Below the pieces are notes generated by a model, which was given only the letters and a program-made list of their open reading frames with translations, made no database searches and was not told where the DNA came from. The translations under genes and the position numbers were made by a program. A DNA stretch of 62,459 bases, the filler included, from Hausera hauseri (taxonomy: Eukaryota): the NCBI GenBank assembly GCA_046269625.1. It is 10 parts of 10 records of this genome, joined end to end, with 100 filler letters (N's around TTAATTAATTAA, not from the genome) between each part and the next. Parts side by side here need not be neighbours in the genome. Positions count along the whole stretch, not along the records: positions 48,983 to 55,533 come from JBJURY010087987.1; positions 55,634 to 62,459 come from JBJURY010061773.1; 8 more parts are not named here. One strand, given 5' to 3'. The stretch's first letter is position 1; each line of letters begins with the position of its first letter. This document shows, in pieces, positions 49,820 through 61,826 of the stretch.

Positions 49820-50900
49820 TTGTAGCGTGTTGTCAATATTAAGAGGATGATCCAACAAATACCTTACATTGACTGTGTTAAGGAGAAACGAGGTTTAGTC
49901 TTTAAAGTTGACTTGAGAATTCCAGCAGATAAACATGATAAATTGGAATAACTGATTTTAGCTTCAGTCAACCAGTGTCCACCAGGTTCAAAAGTAAAAA
50001 AATTGTTACTGACACATGAACGTAAATCCAACTGTGTTGTTCACTATCGGCTCTTACAGTTGTACATGGAGTTAGGCTCTATAGTTGAAAATGTTCATGG
50101 GGCTGTTGAGTTTGACAAAGGCTATGTCTTTAAGGATTACCTTGATCTAAACACTGCTAAGAGGGCTGCAGCGAAAAATCCTTTTGAAAAAGACTTTAAG
50201 CTCAAGAACAACAGCTTGTATGGTAAGACAGTCGAAAACCTTTTAAAAAGGTCCAACTTGAGACTATGTAATAATGCTAAAAAGCTTGTGACATATGCTA
50301 GTAAGGCCCAATTTAAAGAGAGTATTATAATAGACGATGATCTTGTTGCTGTTCTCCTTGATAAAGATACAGTCACCTTAGATAGACCCTCATATCGGAC
50401 AGGCTGTACTTGATCTTTCCAAGTTGAGAATGTATGAATTGAATTACATAGAGTTAGAGTCATATAAACATCAGTTCAATTGTGAACTTAATATTGTTGC
50501 TGGTGACACTGACAGTTTCTTTCTTCAGTGTGATGGTGTTGATTTGCGAACACAGCTCTTACCAGCAATGATAGCAAACGAGAAGTTGGACACTTCTAAC
50601 TATGGCGCTACAGACCCTCTTTATTCTACTCGTTTCGCTTTGGTAATTGGAAAATTTAAGGATGAAAGTAAGGGTAGTGCAGAATACGAAGAAGCCATTT
50701 TCCTAAGACAAAAATCGTATACCTTCAAAACTTAAAACAAACCAGTTCCGAAATGCAAGGGCATCAATGTGAAACAAACGGATTTGCACTTTGACAACTA
50801 CTTGCAAGCGTATGAGAATGGATGTGGAACAATTGTCGATCAAGAGCGGATTGGACAAGGAACTATCAATTAATGACGATCAGTAGCAAAAAGAAAGCAC
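49820..50900 (+). pseudogene. Protein-primed DNA polymerase B, polymerase-domain fragment (subfamily A)
   Basis: KLKNNSLYGKT (motif B), IVAGDTDSFF (motif C), LDTSNY, IGKFKDE. Confidence 0.9.
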
Positions 50901-51142
50901 TAGATCCATTCGGCGACAAATGACAGTAAATATCAAAAAACAAAAGTGTCGAATATGTACATTATTGTACAAATGTGTAAATATTTGATTGATTGTATGT
51001 ATTATATTAATAAATATTTGTACAGACTTCTTTGTCTTATGCTTTTTCTTATGTTTTGTCATAGGGTACCTTTAAATGTTGACAATTTGTTCACAAGTGA
51101 CATAGGGGTATTTATATCAACTTTGCAAAATTTAAACAAATT

Positions 51143-51222
51143 TGGGGTGGAAATAGTGAAACCACGACGAGGCCAATTGATTTTTTGGGGTGGGAATAGT
51201 GAAACCACGACGAGGCCAAAAT
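51143..51222. repeat. Two direct copies of GGGGTGG(A/G)AATAGTGAAACCACGACGAGGCCAA upstream of polB
   Basis: Copies at ~51143 and ~51187. Confidence 0.7.
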
Positions 51223-51289
51223 TTCCCATATAAAATATTGATTATTGATTTCCAATCTTGGAGGGTCCTCGAGATAGGAAATTTGTATT

Positions 51290-54200
51290 GGCCTCATGTC
51301 CTCTCATACCCATACTTTTACAACATGGTTCAGTATTATATATGCCCTGCATGTAAGGTAGTGTGCCAAACCAATTATGAAGACTTTTACAATGTCCATA
51401 AACAGCACTTGATTTCCTTCACCAAGTCGAAAAAACAAATATTCAGTACCAATATGCCAATAATGACTTTCATGCCAAAGGAAAATCAAAGATGAGGTTT
51501 ATATGTGTATTGCACATGTACAATACACAACCCTCAGAATTGGCACAATACCATGAGGAGCTATTATGTACACAAATTCAATAGGATCCTCTATTATCTT
51601 TGCCCAGGATGTGAGACTGTATGTGGTGGAGAATAAATACAGTTTTATGAAGATTACAAACATCATTTGACTGACTTCACATCAAAGTCAAAGAAGGTCA
51701 TATTTAATGAGCAGCATCCTGCTTTGGCAGGACAACCAGTTTTACAGCCTGTTTTAGCAGAAAGGCCCGATGCAGGACTAAAACGCATATCAGAGGTATC
51801 AGCAGATGTTCCATCAAAAAGCCAAAGACAGCGGCCAGTTGATGTATCTGCACTGAAGAGCAAAGTGCGGCGATATTTCATAGCAGCAGTAGGGCAGACA
51901 ACGCTCCATGAATTCCTGGAATATTCAAAGGAGGAGGCAGCAGGAATTCTCCAGGACGTGTTGGAGCTTGAAGGCCCTTAAGGTGAACTTCAAATTGGAA
52001 GCCACTTCACTAATGTCAAAGGAGAGCTGTCTAGTAGAGCCTTCAAGACAAAGAACAGGCCACTATTGAAATACTCTGACATTAAGGATTTCATTACAGA
52101 GGACTATGCAAGGCTCATCCAAGAAGCCGAAGAAAGCCAGGACAAGAAGAGCGGTTGGACTTTAGCAACAATAAATGGGTTAGTTGTGCACAAGTATTCT
52201 TCCATGAGAGGAAGCTCCTACAATACCGCTTCCTGAATAGATAGTTAAGAAAAAGGCATTCATCAATATCCATAATGAGGACAACATGTGCTTCATGTAT
52301 TCTCTTTTGTCAAAACTAGTCCAGGATCAACATAATGCTTCCCGAGTTTGGATATATGACAAAGTGCAGCACACATACGACTTCAGCTGTATTTCATTCC
52401 CACCGAGCCTAGATGAAGTCGTGAAATTTAAAAGAATGAACAACATCTCCATCAACATCTTCGGATTGGAGGAGGACAAATTTTATCCCTTACATGTGTG
52501 TAAGGAGGAATTGGAGGATCATAGGGATCTGCTTCTACTAGATGATGGACAAACGAGGCATTTCATCTGGATCAAGAATTTTGAGCGTCTCGTAGGATCC
52601 CAAATATCCAAGCATAAATCAAGGCTGAAAATATGCAAAAGATGCTTTACCTTTTTTAATGGAGACAGCCGCAGAAAACGTGGAGGAGCAAAAAACCTAC
52701 TGCAATACAAACTATTGCATCCGAGCAGAATTCCCCAAGGAGGATTACCTGGAATTCAAAGAGTTCTAGAAGATGCAGAAGTTGCCAATTGTCATATATT
52801 GTGACTTTGAGGCCATTCTCAGTCCAGTTCACAGCTGCAGCCCCAATCCACAGCAAAGCAGTGTACTACAGCATACCAGTACGATGAGTTATATTCATAC
52901 TGCATGTATGCCAAAGGATCCTACCTATACAAGGGTGTAAATGCAGCAGCACATTTTATGCAGGGTCTGGAACAGTATTCTCACAAACTTGAAGACATGT
53001 TGCAGCCGCATAAGGGCTACATGGTGATGTCGCAGCAAGAAAAATGTGAATGGCGCAAAGTATCAACGTTCTACTTATGCAGAAAGCCATTCACATGGGC
53101 CAATCACAAAATTCAAGGATCACTGCCATTTTACAGGCATATGCCGAGGCGCAGCGTGCAACAATTGCAACTTACGCTGCAAGACATGTACATATGTTCC
53201 CGTGGTATTCCACAATCTTGGTGGATACGATTTCTTCTTCATTGTTCAAGAATTGGGTAATATTAAGAGGAATATTGATATGATTCCAAATAGTGAATAG
53301 AAGTACATAACCTTCACGAAGCATGTGGGCCGCATTAGACTTCGCTTCATTGATAGCTTCCGCTTCATGAGCTCGTTACTGGACAGCCTCGTGAAGAACT
53401 TTCCAGCTGATGAACTCAAGGAGTCGAAGAGGTTCTTTCCGGATACATTTGACGTGGTGAAGCGGAAAGGAGTGTTCCTCTATGACAATATATAACGTCA
53501 TGGAAAGCACTGGATGAAGATGCATTACCGGCCAAGAGGGACTTCTATAGTCAGTTGCCATAGTCATTAGCGATGCTGACTATGAGCACGCCCAAAGAGT
53601 ATGGCAGACCTTCCAGTGTAGGACAATAGGGGAATACAGTGGTATCTATCTCCTCACAGATGTGCTGTTGCATACTGATGTCTTCGAAAGCTTCCGGGAT
53701 GTGACCCTTAAAATCCACAAGCTAGATCCAGCCCGTTTCTTTACAGCTTCAGGAATGAGTTGGGCAGCTATGCTGCGCTATATCGTCATAAGGCTCCAGA
53801 TCTTGAAGGACTACAATATGGTTCTCATGATTGAAAGAGGCATCAGGGGCGGAATCTGCTAGGCCATTCACAGGTACAGTGAAGCCAACAACAAATGCAT
53901 GGCAGATTATGATCCAAGTAATCCTCATATGTATTATACCTCGATGCCAACAATCTGTATGGATGGGCAATGAGCAACCCATTGCCCTATGATAACTTTC
54001 AGTGGGTGGAGCAGACGCAAGTCCTGGATATTGAAGGTATTGATCCCAATGGAGATACGGGCTACATGCTGGAGGTGGACGTGGAATACCCACATAGCAT
54101 CCACGCAAGGCATGAGCAGTTGCCTTTTCTCTCGGAGAGAAAAAGGCCGCCAAATGACAAGTATAAGGATCTGCTCCTTCACCTCGAAAACAGGGAGAGG

Positions 54201-55131
54201 TATGTAACTCACTACATAAACATCCAACAGACCATCCAAAATGGACTCCGAGTCATCAGGGTTTATCGGGCCCTGCAGTTCATCCCGTCCAAATGGCTGA
54301 ATACTTACATCGACCTCAATACCCAGCTGAGGGCCAATGCCAAGAACCAGTTTGGAAAGGACCAATTCAAGCTGTATAACAACTCGGTCTTTGGCAAAAC
54401 TATGAAGAACATGCGGAACCGGATAAACATCGAGCTGGTATGTGACTGGAAGAGTGCAAATAAACTCATCGCTAAGCCCAACTTCCACAACAGCACAATC
54501 TAAATGGAGAACCTGGTGAGCATCCATATGCTCAAGACATCACTTGAGTTCAACAAGCCTATATATGTGGGCATGTCCATATTGGATCTATCCAAGACCT
54601 TGATGTATGACTTTCATTACAACATCATGGTCCCCACATTCAAGGAGCTCCAGCTAATGTACATGGACACGGACAGTTTCATATACCAGATTCATACAGA
54701 TGATGTTTTTGAAAAGTTTGCAAAACTGGCGAAGTACATTAATACCTCGGACTATCCGAAGGATCATCCAAATTACTCAACCGTCAACAAGAAGGTCCTC
54801 GGGAAGTTTAAAGACGATGTGAATGGGAGGATCATTACCCGTTTCGTTGCGCTGAGATCAAAAATGCACGCCATCGATGTAAGTGATCAGGTAAAGAAGT
54901 GGGCTAAGGGAATTTCAAGGGTCGCATTAACTAAAGATATAGGCTTTGTAGATTTTGAGAGTGTTGAGGGAACAAACTTACATCGTCAGGGAGATGAAGA
55001 GGATCCAGTCCCGGGAACATCAGATTTTCACGTTTGCACTGCAAAAGAAAAGCCTCGATTGGTTCGATGATAAAAGGCACATTCTTGAAGACGGAATCCA
55101 CACATTATCTCACGGATATGTGGCATTGTAA
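51290..55131 (+). pseudogene. Near full-length protein-primed DNA polymerase B polyprotein with T4 endonuclease VII-like insert (subfamily B), decayed
   Basis: KSGW, NEDNMCFMYS (vOTU-like Cys), YCDFEA (ExoI), KDHCHFTGICRGAACNNCNL, FHNLGGYD, YLDANNLYGWAMS, KLYNNSVFGKT, YMDTDSF. Confidence 0.93.
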
Positions 55132-55633
55132 ATAATGCTATTCATTGTTATTCTTTGTTTAACAAGTGTTGTATAGAAATATCCTTTTGTCTTCTTGATC
55201 AAGTAATGTCGGATATAGGGTAAGCCCAAATAAAACTAAGTAACTACTACATAAGTTAAGACCAACTAATTTCATAACACATTTATTTAGTAACAATATA
55301 ACTTTGACATAACGCTAAACACTTTTATAGGCACAATATAAACCATGTTCACGATAAATACATGTAATGTTCTTTGGTATAGTTACCAATTTTTTACATT
55401 CATATGCACATATTCGCACATCTGGAAATATGCTATTAAATGTCTTCTTCTTTCGCCCATCAGCATGATCTTTGATATAGAACATGGATTCATTTATATC
55501 ACATATATTCCCAATATCTCGCATAATACAATCNNNNNNNNNNNNNNNNNNNNNNNNNNNNNNNNNNNNNNNNNNNNTTAATTAATTAANNNNNNNNNNN
55601 NNNNNNNNNNNNNNNNNNNNNNNNNNNNNNNNN

Positions 55634-58083
55634 GAACATGATTCGGTTCCTCAAGCTATAAATTTGTGCTCGCTTTTCATTTTCTATCTTCAGCCGATTT
55701 TCCAAGTTTGCATATTGTTTGGGCGTAGCAAATGCGATTTTTATTATTTCCATTAAGGGAGGAACATCCAACGGGTCTATACCCAGTATTTCCAAATCGA
55801 TATTACTGCGGTGGTTAACTGATTTTTCCTTAAGGTGTTTAATCATTGCATACCTGATTTTGTTCATGATACGTTCTAAGTTACGGACTACTCTCTTCAG
55901 TTTTGAGTTCTATTCTACAGAGGATAATAGTATTTGAGCCTCAGTGACTTTTACGTCAACTCTATCTTTGTTCTTATTCCATCCTTCTGCAAACTCAACT
56001 CCACTTTTAATCCACAATTCCAATTCGTGTTTTCATTTTAATAATATTTCTGGGGACAGCTCTTTAGGCTGTCTCACATCGATTGTTTCCACGAACCTTC
56101 CTTCGCTACGTTATTTCAGGCTTTTGTATAACTTCTCGGCATATTGCTGTTCCTTCCCAGATATGTCGACTTGTTCCCTAATCTGCTTGAGCTTCTCCAA
56201 ATTTTGCTGTAATATTTCGGGCTCTAAACAATAAATTCTCATTTTCTTTAATTCGTCGGGGTTTTTCCATGAGCGTCGGATTTTCCATTTTTGAATTGAA
56301 ATCGTCATTGTCTGCCGCTTCTTCCTCACTAAAGGGAAATGGGCAGATTTCGTTGATTTCATTAATTGACCCTATTGGCTCCGCTGCTCCTACAGGTGTA
56401 TATAAACCAATTTCTGGTGTATGCAAGCTATGTTCCGTGTCACCTTCCACAACAACATTCAAGTTTTCCCTTTCATTAATTTTCTCTCTGGTTATTTTGG
56501 AGCGTGAACGACTCTTACGTTTGGTTTTTAATAAAGGGCTACGGCCTCTATTTTTCGTAATCTTAAGTATTAATGGTTCCATAAATTTATTTTCCGCTGT
56601 ATCATCCTCCGCGAACTTAGCTACCTTCTCGACTGCGAGTTCGGGTTTCGCATTCGCGAGCTCTGCGTCTAAATCAATTTCCGTCAATGTGCCTGGTTCC
56701 TTAGGTGGCTTGTTACTTGTCGGAATACTCTTTTTCCGTGTCATATCGCTTCGCTTTGGTGCTATCTCGTGTTCGTATTTCGTCTCGGGTTCTGCTAATC
56801 CATGATATACCTCTAGCAATCTCAGTTTATCTCCGTATTTTCTTCTGGCCATCAAAATTTGTAAGTTCGTAGAGACTGGTTGAGCATCCAAAAATTTTCT
56901 CAAATCCTGTACATCGATAATGGTGGCTGTATCTCCACGAACGCCATATTTCGTCTCTAGTTTCTCGTTAGTTCTACTCATACTAGTCTTATTTGGTTCG
57001 GTAAATGAAACGCTACGTGGATTTGGACATGACCTTGAAATGTGTCCTTCTTTTCCACAAGTGAAACAAACCAAATTCCCATTCCTGCCGACTCCCTGCC
57101 GACCGTCTTCGTTCACTGGTGACTTAGATCTATTTATAATTTTATTAAACTGGTTTAACGGACTTTGCATATTATCGATATTTCGTTTATTATTGTTACT
57201 TCGGTTATCACTGATTTGATTCGAGTAGGTTAAACCTCTATAACTTCTTCTATTCCTATCCCAATCTGAATCTGGTCTGTTCGTATAATTATTACCTCTG
57301 CCATTTCTGTAACTAATATTATTATTCCTATTCCCATAATCTCGATTACCTGTAAATCGTCTATCATCTCGTTGATCATTTCTTCTGTCATTTCTTCCAT
57401 GATTATCATTGCGATTTCTATCATTTCGATCATTTCGGTCTATTCCTTTTGTTTCTATCGTTGTGTCTGGCGTACCTATCCAACGCCATTTCTAAATCTT
57501 GAGCTAGTCGTAACGTTTCTTCAAAATTTTCAGGTCTAGCCAGAATCAATTGTTTAACTAGGTCGCGCGACCAGATACCATTTATCAGTTGCGTCGTCAT
57601 CATAACATCTAAGTCTGGTGGTGAGGCCTTCTCTGCGGCGTCACGTTTTGCATCCGTCTTAGCTTTAGCTACGTTGGCTATTCTTAGCGTGCTAATATAA
57701 CTATTCGCAAGCTTTCTTAACGCAAAGGCGAACTGGGTTACCGATTCACCTTTTTGCTGTACTCGGTTCTGAAATGCCATGAGCTTTTGCTGCGGCGTCA
57801 CTGTCGGCAACAGTTTACGATTTAGTGCTCCTACCAGGGAGGACCAAAATTTCTTATCGTCATTAGTGAGTTCACTATAGGCATCTGCGGCTAAATTTTT
57901 TAAATATAACGACAGTCGCTTGATCATTACTTCCGTAGTCAAGCTAGCGCCTTCTGCGTGCAGTTCATAAGTCCTCAGAAATTCGTTAAGCCCGTCCGGG
58001 TCTCCGTCGTATGCCGGCAAGTTAAGAGAATCAAACGTGAAAATGTCCAGCTTCTGTGCTACTGGTGGATTATCTGCTGCCAT
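55634..58083 (-). pseudogene. gag: Ty3/gypsy Gag (capsid, R/N/D-rich linker, CCHC knuckle, long charged tail), frameshifted
   Basis: LPAYDGDP..EFL..YE, LYLKNLAADAY, RVQQKGESVTQFAFALRKLA; CFTCGKEGHISRSC. Confidence 0.88.
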
Positions 58084-58463
58084 ATTACTTACTTTATCTA
58101 ACTCTATATTCACTTTATTCACTTTAAGTTTTTCACGTGGGGTTTTAAATTTATTATCGTTTTTAATGTCATCTAGCTTAATTCTATTCTCGGAATTCGA
58201 TCGTTTATCTACTTTTTTTGTTTCTATATATATATATTTCTACGTGTCTCACGTATAGGGGAATTATCTTTTAGTATATGGTTTAATCTTGGTCTATCAA
58301 TGATTGTTCTCAGTTACGTTTGTTTTACTTATCCCCCTCTGAATGATCTTATATCCCGATAGATTTAAGTTTCAATATATGTCTAATTACTTGGTGTAGA
58401 TGGCGCTGTTCGCCGATATGTGATTATTCAACTCTGAAAGTAAGTCTAGCGAGGTACAGACTG

Positions 58464-58480
58464 TCCTGCTAGGGTCGCCA
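58464..58480 (-). promoter_or_regulatory. Primer-binding site (tRNA-Arg-like)
   Basis: Minus strand TGGCGACCCTAGCAGGA, 2 nt after the LTR-terminal CA; similar to the TGGCGACCGTGACAG tRNA-Arg PBS of mdg1/412-type elements. Confidence 0.8.
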
Positions 58481-58482
58481 AA

Positions 58483-59191
58483 TGTTATATATTGGGGTGG
58501 CCCTAATCAACTCCCTCTATATAACAAAAGTTTCACTTGAATTTGATATCACTATATGGCCCGGTCTATCGTAATCGTATAGACTGCCTGTACCTTACGA
58601 ATTTTATATCTCTGTGCTGGTACTGCGTGCGTTAGTTCTTGCGTAGTTTACAAATATCTGTTCTCTTAGCTATATATATTACGTCTCAATTTTTACCTTA
58701 CTGTGGTCTAATCACCCTTAAGGGGCGAAGGAAATTATCGGAGTTATTTTAAAAGAAATAATAATACCAAAACTTTAATCCTCAATAGATACACAAATTC
58801 TGCTTCAATCGATCACGAATCAATAAGTCGTTAATGTAATCTCTAAAATTCGGAATTTCTATCCAGACTTGGTTAACACGAAATAATCTGTCTTCGCACT
58901 GTTCTGTTCTCAATCGTTCTGCGTTCCCTTATATAATATTCTAGCCCCCTTCAATAACTATTAATTTTGTCTTTTTTTGCAATTAGTATCTCGACGGATA
59001 TATTTCATATCAATTTCGGCTCATACTATCCCGAGATTTCACATTAATTTCGTGATTACGTCTCGACAAAATCTCAATTTTTCTATTAATATTCTATTCT
59101 AATTTCATATCTGCTTGTAAACTAAAAATAAAATACCGATTACAATTATATACATTTCTACAAGATTTTGTTATTTTGGCCTGTCACAACA
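58483..59191 (-). repeat. LTR (~709 bp)
   Basis: Starts TGTTG directly after the PPT and ends TAACA directly before the PBS; TATATAA at ~58930. Confidence 0.8.
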
Positions 59192-61706
59192 TTTCTCCTC
59201 CCTGAACGGCACGCTCGGATGTGCCTATTGCGTCAGGAGAGGTGCCGCGTTGGCGTGGGTCTCTCAACAGCTCCATTCTTCTCCTCAGATTTGAATCTGA
59301 ACTGGTACTTGGTTGATCCTCTCTAGGGTTCCTTTCAAGCCCATAGCTATGGTAAGGTTTAATTCTAACTAATCAGGTGTAACTGCCGTTTGAATAATAT
59401 TTTAAGTCAGCAGCTTCTGCGCGGCATACCGGGCAGGTGGTTTTTCCATTCTCTAATGTCCATTTTTCTAAACAAAACCTACATTATTTGTGTCTACAGT
59501 CGGTGTTGTTCAACATTACATATCTTTGCTTCAGGTCGGCCTCGCAAACAGGGCATTCGTTTTCTTCTTTTTCCCATTTCTCGTCATCCAAATCTACTCT
59601 TATCGTAATCTCTATGGGCTCCACAACCAATCCGTCTTCGTCTTGGTATAAGTAGGCAGCAATTCTTTTCTGTTTGGGATTTATCGAGCTCTTTTTTGGA
59701 TCACATCCCACGGGTATTAAGGTCCAGTCGCTAATAGTGTCTCGATCTAAATCGGGAACTTCACCAGTCGACTGGTATTTCTGGTATTGTTTCTTTAGCA
59801 TTGTTTTTACCGCTTTATCGACGGGCACCAAAAGTTTGGCATTCCTTCTTGATTGGAATATTGGAGCGACATATTTGCCTATCTTGGGATTCTTCCAGAC
59901 ATATGTATTTTCGTATACTTGTCGGGCGGGCATCGCTTTGACGAAGAACATTGCTTCTTTGATTTTCTGCTTACTATAGTATTCGGTAGCTATTAACATT
60001 CGGGGGTAATCTGCTGTAGTAGCGTAATGAACATTTTCTGTGGACGTCTTTTTCCTTTAGACGTTTACTTCGGTTATTCGTTCTTTTTTGTTGTCTGGCT
60101 TCCAGTTTTCTTCCTTTTTGTTTTCTCGTTTATGTGTCTGTGTGGGTTCTGAATTCTTTTCCGGTCTTTGTTTTTCCTCTAATCTCTTTTCTCCTTCCTT
60201 ACTTCTTTTCTTAAATAGATAATCAAAAACGGATATTTTCCTTTTAGTCGTTTTTCCATTTTCGGTTTCTGGTTTCTTGTCGTTTCTTAAATATTTCTGA
60301 GGGGTTTCAGGTATTCTAAATGAATAATCCTTTGTTGAGTAGCTTGTACTGGGTCTTTCCCGAATTTGCCTCTGATTTTCTACTGCTTCGGCTTTCGATC
60401 CTTGTATGGTTATTTGATAGTTCCATTTTGGGGTAATCTCAACATTTCTGGGTGGAGAATAGGGGCGAAAATGTCTACGATAGTGTGTGTTAAAATCTTG
60501 GGTTCTTGGAAAATTTAGTAGGTTCTGTGCAGGGTTGTGGGGAATCCATTCGTGTTCCCACTTTAATCCGGCACTTATATCTCTTAGGTACTGGGATCTT
60601 TGACTGGCGGTCAATATTCTGCTGATTTTAATATTTCCTCCGGTCATGGCGTCTATCATTAGCTTAGACCGACCTTCTGGGGTTAGTAGAATATGTCCCC
60701 TTCTTTCTTTGTCTTTAATCTGCATTTGTTTCACAACGGTTGGGTGAGATTCTATTTCTCTTATTCCAGCTAAGTGTTCTATCGGTATGTCTAATTTTCT
60801 CATTATTCTCTCTAGTTGATACCCCACTAAGACGTATCCGTAAAAACATTGTGCCACTTCTTGTTGTACTAATTTGACGTCCTTTCCTTGACTCAATTGG
60901 TCTCTTCTAATTCCAGTGACTTCTGCGTGAGTTTCAAGTATCTTTTTCCTTGGAGTAATAATCTTCAAATAAATTTTGACTCCGTTTTCTTCCCTGATAG
61001 ATATTTCGATTGGGATATAATCTTCTTCTCCCTCCCCGTAATTTACTGCTACAACTCGGATGTTTCGGTCATTTGCTACCAGCCTAAAGGAATATAGATG
61101 ATTTTCTTGTTCTAGTTCTGTAGGCCTTTGTCTAAATTTTATAGGGGGCAGTATAGTGTATTTTGGTTCCTCTTTGGTCGTTTCGATCATCATTTTGACT
61201 GGCAGGGCGGCTACGCGAAATTCTAGTTCTTTATCCTTGAAGTTCTTGTTATCGAATACGAACGTACTGAACCGACTTTGTCTTCCTTGGAAGGAATCCC
61301 ATTTTTGTTCTTTTAACCGATAATATATTTCTCCGTAGGCTAGATGCACGTATATTCTTTGAGGCTCGTCTGTTTGATATTGAGCGATTTGCCTAAAGGA
61401 ATAGGCTATGACGTCTTTATTTTCCCTCCAGGCGTATAAATATACTGTCCGGTTTTCCTCGGTCATTCCCTTTAGACCATTTGGGATTTCACTGACTGTA
61501 TCATACTCAGCCATATCTTTCTCTTGTAATTCATTATTGATCTGTCTGTATATAGCGTTTGAATTGGGAATTCGTACGGTTACATTTTTCTGTAAAAATT
61601 CGTCGATACTAAGTCGACGTGTGGCGTTTTGAGTATCGTTTTCAGTGTCGACTGTAATTCGGCTCGCATTCTCTCCTGCGTCGATCCTAAGTCGGCTAGA
61701 ATCCAT
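59184..61706 (-). pseudogene. Accessory protein (~840 codons): unknown N-domain, inactive ISG20/REX4-like DEDDh fold, charged linker, conserved domain, C3HC4 RING; three in-frame stops
   Basis: ORF-track entries 60057-61706 and 59484-59999 share one frame that continues to 59184 (stops at 60057, 59484, 59373); IEISIREENGVKIY..IITP..I..THAEVTGIR...VQQEV...VLVGY; CPVC..CRHK*CRFC..W..CPVCR. Confidence 0.75.
59192..59203 (-). promoter_or_regulatory. Polypurine tract
   Basis: AGGGAGGAGAAA followed by TG. Confidence 0.82.
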
Positions 61707-61826
61707 TTGGGTCTAGTTACTTATTAATCTGAAGAAAAAGAGATAAAGGTTTATTCTAGAACAAAGGATTGTTTGGAACCAAAACCAATTCTTTGTTTGA
61801 TGACAGAATAACTTGCTCTGCAATTG

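Noticed and set aside
14535-55131. Giant virus (NCLDV) genome
   Set aside because: The polymerases are protein-primed Polinton-type, the capsid genes are Polinton-type, host genes have spliceosomal introns and most viral-like genes are pseudogenes on separate contigs
57230-57433. MIEMIEIAM... repetitive ORF
   Set aside because: Off-frame reading of the R/N/D-rich Gag linker
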